Assembly (NCBI RefSeq): GCF_009914755.1
Contig: NC_060926.1
DNA: 64,000 bases
Strand: one strand, 5' to 3'
Source of the DNA: the human T2T-CHM13v2.0 reference genome, Homo sapiens
The notes beneath the pieces were generated by a model. It had not been told where the DNA came from. It saw only the letters and a program-made list of their open reading frames with translations, and searched no databases. Shown piece after piece: positions 53,312 to 64,000 of this stretch. Position numbers and translations under genes: made by a program. The first letter of the stretch is position 1. Each line of letters begins with the position of its first letter.

Positions 53312-54943
53312 GGCAATTTTTTAAATTACTGATTAAGTCTCACTCCTTGTTATTGGTCTGTTTAGGATTTCTATTTCTTCCTGATTCAAACTAGGAGGGT
53401 TTAATGTTTCCAGGAATTTATCCATTTCCTCTAGATTTTTCTATTTTGGGCACATAGAGGTGTGCATAGTGTCTCTAATAATCTTTTGTATTTCTGTGGT
53501 GTCTTGATTGTAATGTCTCCATTTCCATTTCTAATTGAGCTTATTTGAAACTTCTCTCTTCTTTTCCTGGTTAATATAGCTAATGGTCTATCACGTTTTT
53601 GTTTCTTTTCAAATAAACATTTGTTTTGTTTTATTGATCTTTGTATTTTTGGTTTTAATTCATTTAGTTTTTCTCTGATCTTTGTTATTTGTTTACTTCT
53701 GCTAGATTTGGGTTTGGTTTGCTTTTCTTTCTCTACTTCCTTGAGGTGTGATGTTAGGTTGCCAACTTGTGATCTTTCAGGCTTTTTGATGCAAGTATTT
53801 AATGCTCAATTTTTCTCTTAGCACTGCTTTTGCTTTATTCCAGAGGGTTTGATAACTTATGTCACTATTATTATTCATTCTGGATAATTTTAAAATTTTA
53901 ATCTTGATTTTATTGTTAACACAAAAATTATTCAGGATCAGATTGTTTAAGTTCTATGTACTCTTATACTTTGGAGGATTCCTTTTGGAGTTGATTTCCA
54001 GTTTTATTCCACTGTGATGTAAGAAGATACTTGACATAATACTGATTTTTAAAAAATTTATTGGGACTTGTTTTGTGGCCTATCACATGGTCTAATTTGT
54101 AGACTGTTCCATGTGTTGATGAGAATAATGTATATTCCATATTTCTCGGGTAGAATTTTATGTAAATATCTGTTAATCCATTAGTTCTAGAGTGAAGTTT
54201 AAGTCCAGTGTTTCTTTGTTGACTTTCTGTCTTGATTATCAGTTTACTGGTGTCAGTGAAGTGCTGAAATACCACCCAAATGTTGTGTTGCTATCTATCT
54301 CTTTTCTTAGGACTAGTAATAACAGTTTTATGAATCTGGGAACTCTAGAGTTGGGTGCATATATATTTAGAATTGTGATATCTTCTTGATGAACTTATTC
54401 TTTTATAATTTAATAATGACCTTCTTTGCCTTTTTTTTTTTAACATTCTTGCTTTAAATTCAGTTTTACCTGCTGTAAGTGCAGCTACTCATGCTCCCTT
54501 TTGGTTTCTATTTGTATTAAATATCTTTTGCCACCTCTTTACCCTGAGTTTAAGAGAATCCTTATGTGTTAAGTGAGTCTGTTGAAGACGCAAATAGATG
54601 GTTTGTGATTTTTTTTATCCATTCTGCCAATCTGTATCTTTTAAGTAGAACATTTACAGCGTTTACATTCAATGTTAATAATGAGGTGTGAGGTAGTGAT
54701 CCAGCCATGATGTTGTTTTCTTCATTATGTTATTTTGTTATAGGCCCTGTGAGTTTTAGGATGTCAAGAGGTTCTATTCTAGTGCATGTTGTACTTGTGT
54801 TTTAAGCTTTAGAACTCGTTTTAGCATTTCTTGTAGGACTGGTCTGGTAGTGACAAATTAGCTCAGCATGTACTTGTCTGAAAAAGACTTTATTCTCCTT
54901 CATTTATGAAACTTAGTTTGGCTGGATATAAAATTATTGGCTG
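53040..54943 (-). mobile_element. L1 ORF2 N-terminal half and end of ORF1 (continues at 62363-64000)
   Basis: Minus-strand ORF with YTLFSSTHGTVYKLDHVIGHK (endonuclease); split by the TSD-flanked L1 at 54944. Confidence 0.92.
53277..53312 (+). repeat. (TTG)n microsatellite
   Basis: About 12 pure TTG units inside L1. Confidence 0.95.
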
Positions 54944-57900
54944 GGACAGAGGTGGAGCATATGGCAGAATACAAGACTCCAGTGATTGCCCCCACCCTCT
55001 GCCACAAGGACACCAATTTAATTATCTACACACACACACAGACACACACACACAGCACTTTTGTAAGACCCCCAAATCAGGTGAGCACTCACAGTACTTG
55101 GTTTTAACTTCATATTGCTAAAAGAACCACTAAATAGGTAGGAAAAACAGTCTCACCACCACAATCCCTTCCCGACTTGTTACAGCAGAAATCAAAACCA
55201 GAACAAACTCTGCTAACACCTGCCTATGGAGGATGCATTTAAACCAGCTGTAGCCAGAGGGGAATCACCGATCCCAATGGTCAGAACTTGAACTTGAGTT
55301 CCCACATGCCTTGCTGCCATGGCCTAAAGTGCTCCAGGCAGTCTAGGCCACAAGGACTGTAATACCTGGGCTAGTCTTAGGGCTGAACTGGGCCCAGAGA
55401 TAGTAGCCTGGGGTGGGGAGACACAGACCTGTTGAGTCACCAGCTGGAGCGGCTAAGTGTGTGCTTGCATAACCCTTCCCATGACCCCAGGCCACATAGC
55501 TCAGGCTCCAAAAGAGGCCCCTTTCTTCCACTTGAGGAGACAAAAAAAGTGAGGAGGGCTTTGTCTTGCATCTTGGATACCAGTTCAGCCACAGCAAGAT
55601 AGGACACCAGTCAAAGTCATGAGGGCCTCTTTCCAGGCCCTAGCTCCCAGACATTTCTAGACATACCCTGGGCCAGAAGGGAACTCATTGTCTTGAAGCG
55701 ACAATCCAGCCCTAGGAACAGAAGAACCCAGTCTCAGCTGGATTTATCACCTGCTAACTAAAGAGCCTTAGGGCCCTGATTAGCCAGCAGTGATGCCCAG
55801 GTACTGTATTGAGGGCTTTGAGTGAGATATGGACTTGCTGGCCTCTGGTGAGACTCAGCATATTCCCAGTTGTGGTGGCTATGGGGTGAGACTCCTTCTG
55901 CTTGACCAAAGTAGAGAGAAAAGTAAAGGGGACTTTGTCTTCCACCTTAGTTACAGTTTGGCCACATGGGAGCAGAGCACTAAGCAGGATCTTGCTGTCC
56001 CCAATTCTAGGACTTGATTCTTAAAAAGTATTTCAGCATCTTCCCTGGGTCAGAAGGGAGACCACTCCCCTTAAGGGTGAGTCCTAGGCCAGGCAGCGTT
56101 CACAACAAGCTGACTGAAGAGGCTTTGGGCCTTAAGGGAACATCAGTGGTAGTCTGGCAATACCCTCTGTGGGCCTGAGGTGGCCACGGCCACTGGGTGA
56201 GGCTACTCTGCCTTTGGAAAGAGGATGAAAGAGTGGGAAAGACTGCATCTTGTGGTGAGTGTCAGCTCAGCTTCAGTATAATAGAACACTATGCGAACTT
56301 CTACAGTTCTTGACTATAGACCTGGGCTCCCAGATAGCACCTCTGGACCCACCCCTGGGGGAACTCACCACCTTGAAGGGAAAAACATATGCTTGGCTAG
56401 CTTTGCCACTTGTTGATTATAGAGTCCCAGCCAGGGAGTGGTTGCATCAGGCCTTGGGTGAGACTCAGCACTGTGCTGGCTTAAGGTCTCCTTCAGGACA
56501 GTCCTAGGGGTTGTAGCTACAGGGGTTACTTGTGTCACTCCACTCCCAGCTCCAGGCAGCTCAGAGCAGAGAGGTAGAGACTCCATTTGTTTGGAATAAA
56601 GTAAGGGAAAAAACAAGAGTCTCAGCCTGGTAATCCAGAGAATTCTTCCCGATCTTGTTCAAAGCTATTAAGGTGGAAACTCTATGCATCTGAAAGAACC
56701 ACAGTGCTACTGGGTTTGGTGTCCTCCATAAAGCAGATATAGTTTAGATCACAATACCCAATTCCTTTTGAATATCTGGAAATTCTTCCCCGAAAGGATG
56801 GGTACAAACAAACCCAGACTGCAAAGACTACAATAAATACTTAACTCTTCAATGCCCAGACACTGAAGAACATCTACTAGCATCAGCACCATCCAGGAAA
56901 ACATGACCTCACCAAATTAACTAAGTAAGGCACCAGAGACCAATCATGAAGAAACAGATATATGACTGCTCAGATAATTCAAAATAGCTATTTTGAAGAA
57001 ACTCAAAGAAAATTCACAATAGCACAGAGAAGGAATTCAGAATTCTATCATACAAATTTAACAAAGAAATTGAAATAAAAAGAATCAAACAGAAATTCTG
57101 AGGTTGAAGAATGCAATTGACATACTAAAGAATGCATCAGAGTCTTTTAACAGCAGAATTGATCAAATAGAAGAAAGAATTAGTGAGCTTGAATACAAGC
57201 TATTTGAAAATACGTACAGTAGACAAAAGAAAAAAGACTAAAAAACAATGAAGGACACTTACAGAATCTAGAAAATAGCCTAAAAAGGGAAAATCTATGA
57301 GTTATTGGCCTTACAAAGGAGATAGAGAGATAGGGGTAGAAAGCTTACTCAGGGAAATGGTAATAGAGAGTTTCCCACACCTAGTAAAAGATATTAATAT
57401 CCAAGTACTGGAAGGATATAGAACACAAAGCAGTGAAGACTACCTCAAGGCATTCAATAATAAAACTCCCAAAAGTCAAGGGTAAAGAAAGGGTCCTAAA
57501 AGCAGCAAGAGAAAAGAAACAAATAACATAAAATGGAGCTCCAATACATCTAGCAGCAGACTTTTCAGTGGAAACCTTATAGACCAGGAGAGGATGTCAT
57601 GACATACTGAAAGTCCTGAAGAAAGAAATATTTTATCCTAGAATAGTACATCTGGTAAAATTATTCTAAAAACATAAAAAAGAAATACTTTCCCAGACAA
57701 ACAAAAGCTGAGGGATTTCATCAACACCAGATCTGTCCAACAAGGAATGCTAAAGGGAGTATTTCAATCAGAAAGAAAAGAATGTTAATGAGCAATAAGC
57801 GATCAACCAAAGGTACAAAACTCGCTGGTAACAGTAGGTACACAGAAAAACACAGAATATTGTAACACTGCAACTCTGGTATGTAAACTACTATTATCTT

Positions 57901-60900
57901 ATGTAGAAAGACTTAAAAATAAACTAATAAAAATGATAACTACAACTTTTCAAGACATAGGCAATATAATACGGTATAAATAGTAACAACAAAAAGTTAA
58001 AAAGTAGGGGGATAAAGTTAAGGCATAGAGTATTAGTTTTCTTTTGGTTGTTTGTTCATGCAAACACTGTTAAATTGCTATCAGCTTAAAATAATGGATC
58101 ATATGCTAGTATTTGCAAGCCTCGTGGTAACCTCAAAAAAGCATATGATGGATACACAAAAAGTAAAAAAGGAAGGAATTAAATCATCACCAGAGAAAAT
58201 CATCGTCACTAAAAGGAAAAGAGAAAAGAAATAAAGAAAGAAAGAAGAAAAGACCACAAAATGACCAGAAAAGAAATAATAAAATAGCAAAAGCAATCCT
58301 TACTCATCAATAGTAACATTGAATGTAAACTGACTAAATTCTCTAATCAAAAGACATAGGGTGATTTAATGAATAAAAAAACAAGATGCATTGATCTGTT
58401 GCCTACAAGAAACACACTTCACCTATAAAGACAAACATAGACTGAAAATGAAGGGATGGCAAAAGGTATTCCATGCCAATGGAATCTACAAAAGAGCAAG
58501 AGTTGCTATATTTATATCACACAAAATAGATTTAAGGACAAAACTATAGGAAGAGACAAAAGGGTTACGATATAATAATAAAGTGGTCAATTCAGCAAGA
58601 GGATATAATGATAGTAAATATATATATGCACCCAGCACTGGATCACCCAGATGTATAAAACAAATATTATTAGATCTAAAGAGAGACATAAACTTCAATA
58701 CAATAATAGATAGAGACTTAAACACCCCACTTTCAGCATTGGATAGGTCATTCAGACAAAAAAAAAAATCAACAAAGAAACATCAGACTTAATCTGCACT
58801 ATAGACCAAATAAATCTAATAGCTATTAACAGAAGATTTTATCCAGCAGCTTAACAATACACATACTGTTCCTCAGCACATGGATCATTCTTAAGGATAG
58901 ACCATATGTCAAGTCACAAAACAAGTCTTAAAGCATTCAAAAAAATGAAATAATATAAAGCTTATCTAATCATGATGGAACAAAACTAGAAATTAATAAC
59001 AAGAGGAATTTTGGAAACTGTACAAATACATGGAAATTAAAGAAAATACTCCTGAATAATGAATGGGTCAATAAAAAAAATTAAGAAGGAATTTAAAATT
59101 TCTTGAAACAAAAGATAATAAAATATGACATATCAAAAGCTGTAGGATACAGAAAAAGAAGTACTAAGAGAGAATTTTATAGCTATAACTGTCTGAATCA
59201 AAAAAGAAGAAAAACTCCAAAGAAACAACCTACCAGTGTAAGCAACTAGAAAAACATGAGTGAACCAAACCAAAAATTAGTAGAAAAAAAATAATGAATA
59301 TCAGTGCAGAAATAAAGGACATTGAAATAAAGAAAACTATGCAAAAGATCAAAGAAACAGTAAGTTGGTTTTTTTAAGAGTTAAACAAAATAGACAAACC
59401 TTTAGCCAGAATAAGAAAAATAAAAGAGACCCAAATAAATAAAATCAGAGATTAAAGATGAGACATTACAACCGATACTGCAGAAATGATCATTACCAGC
59501 TACTATGAGCAACTATATACCAATATGTAGAAAAATCTAGAAAAAATGGACAAAATAGTAGACACATACGACCTACTAAGATTGAACAATGAAGAAATCT
59601 AAAACCTGAACAGACCATTAACAATTAACAGTATTAAAGCTGTAATAAAACACCTCCCAGTAAAGAAAAACCTGGGACCCGATGAATTTACTGCTGATAC
59701 TTGCCAAACATTTGAAGTAAAACTAATACCAATCTTACTCAAACTATTCCAAAAAATAAAAGGGGAGAAACTACTTTCAAACTCATTCTACAAGGCTACT
59801 ATTACCCTGTTACCAAAACCACGCAAAGACAAAAAATAAAAATAAAAATAAAAACTACCTGCAGTCCAATGATCATTCATCATGACCAAGTGGGATTTAT
59901 ACCTCGCATGCTATAAGCAAATTAATCAATGTGATACATCGTGACAACAGAACAAAAGACAAAACCCATATGATCATTTCAATTGATGCTGAAAAGCATT
60001 TGGTAAAATTCAACATCCCTTTATGATAAAATCCCTCAAAAAAAAAAAAAGGAATAGAAGGAATGTACTGCAACATAATAAAAGCCTTATATGACAGACC
60101 CACAGCTAGTATCATACTGAATGGGGAAAAATGGCAAGCCTTTTCTCTAAGATCTGGAACACAACAGGGATGCCCACGTTCACCACTGTTATTCAACATA
60201 GTACTGAAAATCCTAACTAGAGCAATCAGACAAGAGAAAAATATGAAGGACATCCAAATTGAAAAGAAAGAAGTCAAACTATTCTTGTTACATATGTTAT
60301 ATAATATTCACAAAAACCTGAAAACTCCACAAAAAAACTGTTAGACCTGGAAACCAAATGCAGTAAATTTGCAGAGTGCAAAATGAACATACAAAAATTA
60401 TTAACATTTCTATATGCTAATAGTGAACAATCTGAAAGAGAAATTTTAAAAGTAGTCCCATTTACAATAGCTACAAATAAAATTAAATACCTAGGAATTA
60501 ACCAAAGAAAGTAAAAAAATCTCCACAATGAAAACTATAAAACACTGATGAAATAAAGAGGACACCAAAAAATGAAAATATATTCCGTCCTCACGGATTG
60601 AAGGAATCAATATCATTAAAATGTCCATACTACCCAAAGCAATCTACAGATGCAATGAAATCCCTCTCAGAATACCAGTAACATTCTTCACAAAAATAAA
60701 AATAAAAAATTCTAAAATTTATATGGTACTACAAAAGACCCAGAATAGCCAAAGTTATCCAAAGCAACAAGAACAAAATGGAAGGAATCACATTACCTGA
60801 CTTCTAATTATACTACAGAGTTACAGTAACCAAAGCAGCATGATACTGGCATAAAAACAGATACACATACCAATGGAACAGAATAGAGAACCAAGAAACA

Positions 60901-62362
60901 AATCCACACTCCTACAGTAAACTCATTTTTAACAAAGTTGCCAATAATATACACTGGGGCAAGTCAGTCTCTTCAATAAATGATGCTAGAAAAGCTGAAT
61001 AGCCACATGAAGAAAGATAAAATTAGACTCTATCTCTTGCCATTTACAAAAATCAATCAAAGTAGATTAAGGACTTAAATCTAATACCTCAAACTATGAA
61101 ACTACTACAATAAAACATTGAGAAAATGCTCCACGACATCAGCCTGGCCAAAGATTTCTTGAGTAATACCCCACAAGCACAGGAAATCAAAGAAAAAAAT
61201 GGACAAATTGGATCACTACAAGTTAAAAATCTGCACAGCAGAGGAAACAATGAACAAAGAGCACAGACAACTAACAGAATGGGAGAAAATATCTGCAAAC
61301 TATCCATCTGACAAGGGATTAATAATCAAAATACATAAGGAGCTTAAGCAACTGATTAGGAAAATATCTAATAATCCAATTTAAGAATGGGTAAATTGTT
61401 TGAATAGACATTTTTCAAAAGAAGACATACAAATGGCAAATGAACATATGAAAAGTTGGTCAACATCATTAAGAAATGCAAATCAAAACTACAATGAGAT
61501 ATCATCTCACCCAGTTAAAATGGCTTTTATTCAAAACACACGCAATAATAAATGCTGGTGAGGATGTGGAGAAAAATGAACCCCCATACACTGTTTGGAA
61601 TGTAAATTAGTACAACCACTATGGATAACAGTTTGAAGTTTCCTCAGAAAACTAAAAATAGAGCTACTATACAATTCAGTAATTCCACTTCTGGCTATAC
61701 ATCCAAAAGAAAGGAATCAATATATCAAAGAGATATCTGCACTCTCATGTTTGTTGCAGCTCTTTTCACAATAGCCAAGATTTGGAAGCAATCTAAGTGT
61801 ACATCAGCAGATGAATGGATAAAGAAAATGTGGTATTTATACACAGTGGAGTACTATTCAGCCATAAAAGCAAAATGGAATTCAGTCATTTGCAACAACA
61901 TGGGTGGAACTGCAGGTCCTTATATTAAGTGAAAAAATCCAGGCACAGAAAAACAAACATCACATGTTCTCATGTATTTGTGGGATCTAAAAATCAAAAT
62001 AATTGAACCCATGGAGAGAGAGTAGAAGGATGGTTACCAGATGCTGGGAAGGGTAGGGGAGGTAGTGGTGGGGAGGTCGGAATGGTTAAGGGGTACAAAA
62101 AATTGAATGAATGAATAATAAGGCTTAGTATTTGATAACATAACAGGGTGACTACAGTCAATACAAATTTAATTGTATGTTTTAAAATAATACAATTGTA
62201 TTGTTTGTAACACAAAGGATAAATGCTTGAGGGATGGATATCCCATATCCCATAATGTGATTATTATGTATTGCATACCCATATCAAAACATTTCATGTC
62301 CTCCATAAATATATACATCTTCTATGCACTCACAAAATTAAATAGAATTTTTTTTAATTTAA
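54944..62362 (+). mobile_element. Full-length (~7.4 kb) decayed L1MA1/L1MA2-type element
   Basis: 5' UTR with internal repeats, ORF1 (~56850-57790), ORF2 (~58290-61930; [17 protein letters not shown]) and L1MA2-like 3' UTR; 14-bp TSD AAAATTATTGGCTG (54930-54943) / AAAATTCTTGACTG (62363-62376). Many stops and frameshifts. Confidence 0.95.
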
Positions 62363-64000
62363 AAAATTCTTGACTGACAGTTAATTCTCTTTAAGGAGTC
62401 TAAAGATAGAATCCCATTCCTTTCTGGCTTTGAAGGATTCTGCTGAGAAGTTTGCTGTTAGTTCAATAGGCATTCCTTTCTAGGTTACCTGATGTTTTGT
62501 TCTCACAGCTCTTAGAATTCTTCCCTTCACATTGACTTTAGATTGTCCAATGAACATATGCCTAGGTGATACCCTTTTTGCACTGAATCTCCCAGGAGTT
62601 CTTTGAGCTTATTGTATTTGGATGTTTAAATCTCTAGCAAGGTCAGGGACGTTTTCCTCAATTGTTCCCTCAAATAAGTTTTCCAGGGCTGGATGTGGTG
62701 GTTCATGCCTGTAATCCCAGCCCTTTGGGAGGCTGAGGTAGGTGGACCACATGAGCCCAGGAGTTCAAGACCACGCTGTTGCAACAGGTGTGCAACCCTG
62801 TCTCTACAAAAAATTACAAAAAAATAGCAAGGTGTGGTGGCACGTGCCCGTAGTTACTGCTACTCGGCAGACTGAGATGGGAGGATTACTGGAGCCCTGG
62901 AGGTCAAGGATGCAGTTAGCTGTGATTGTGCTACTGCACGCCAGCCTAGGCAACAGACTGAGAATGTCTCAAGAAAAAGTTTTCCAAACTTTGTGCTTCT
63001 TCTCTCTCAGGAATGCCAGTGATTCTTAGGTTTGGCCATTTTGCATAATCCCAAATTTCTTGGAGACTTTATACATTTCTTTAATTTTTTTTTTCTGTAT
63101 GTTTGTATGATTGCATTAATTCGAAAGCTTTGTCTTCAAGCTATGAAATTCTGTCTTCTATTTGGTCTATTCTATTTTTAAAAGTTTCCACTGCGTTTTG
63201 TAATTTCCTAAATATATCTTTCTTTTTCATAAGTTCTAGTTGGTTTTTCTTTAAAATTTCTATCTCTTTACAAAAGTTTTCACGTATGTCCTGAATTGTT
63301 GCTTTTAAATTTCCTTAGGCTGATTTTCACCTTTCCATTGTATCTGCTTGAGTAACTTAGTAATAAAACTTTTGCTTTCTTTATCTGATATTTCAAAGAT
63401 TTCATCTTGGTTTGGATCCATTTCTGGAGAGCTAGTGTGATTTTTGGTGTGTCAGGGAACTCTATTTATATTGCCAGAATTATTTTTCTTGTTCCTTTTC
63501 ATTTGGGTAGACTGTCTTCTAATTATTTTTGAAATTATTTTTGATTTGACTTTTTAAAAAATTCCCCCTTTAGGATGACTTTAATGATTTCAGTCCGTTG
63601 TAATTAAATTTGGATCTGACTTCTTTAGGGTGTGAAGACTTTGTGTGAGTTTCTTTGTTATAAAGAGACTTTGTATGATGGCTTCTCAGATTATGTTTGT
63701 AGTAGCAAAGTGGTAGGTGTGCAAGCATTTTCACTGTCTCTTGTGGGGTTGAAATGGAAGAGGTCCCTTGAAGATTATCTCATTCTCCAGTGGTGTGCAC
63801 TTTTTGTTTTACTTTTTCCTCAGTATTTTATTTATTGGGTCGAATAGTTCACATTTCAGGCCAGTAAGGAAGGTGCCCATGGGAAAAAAACTGGATGTGT
63901 CTAAAGCAGGTGGGTAAATGAAATACCCAGTGGTGGACAGAGATCCCAGCCTTGACAGAGGTGGCTGGGGAGCTCTTAGTGAAATGTGCTGAAGTCTTTT
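62363..64000 (-). mobile_element. Continuation of minus-strand L1 (ORF1 and 5' region), running off the window
   Basis: TTCTGCTGAGAAGTTTGCTGTTAG (ADFSAE of ORF1p on the minus strand) resumes right after the TSD. Confidence 0.9.
62686..62976 (+). mobile_element. AluJ-like element
   Basis: Diverged dimer (TGAGCCCAGGAGTTCAAGACC, GGAGGTCAAGGATGCAGT); TSD AAGTTTTCCA on both sides. Confidence 0.93.

Noticed and set aside
55540-56400. Three diverged ~350-bp repeats
   Set aside because: Internal repeats within the 5' UTR of the L1MA-type element; most likely family architecture rather than locus-specific.
54944-62362. Possibly active full-length L1
   Set aside because: ORF1 and ORF2 are broken into fragments of about 100 codons or less, and it is an old subfamily.

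Overview
AT-rich primate (human-like) genomic DNA, mostly transposon-derived, with no recognisable cellular protein-coding exon. It reads as intergenic or deep-intronic sequence. The main feature is a ~5.76 kb deleted-type HERV-H provirus (34482-40240). It has two LTR7 copies, a perfect tRNA-His PBS, a PPT, a TTAAA target-site duplication, decayed gag/pro/pol, and an open ESRG-like leader frame. Around it are nested L1s (including a ~7.4 kb full-length L1MA-type copy with TSD at 54944-62362), eight Alus, MSTB, LTR16/ERVL remnants, Tigger2- and hAT-type DNA transposons, L2, MIR and microsatellites. I found no evidence for a new multi-gene biological system. The most notable locus-specific observations are: an asymmetric LTR pair (31-bp repeat copy number, weakened 3' polyA signal), a ~220-bp microhomology-flanked templated self-duplication inside an L1, and several perfect hairpins/palindromes that look like template-switch products. 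Subfamily names come from recalled consensus sequences, and boundaries of old repeats are approximate.
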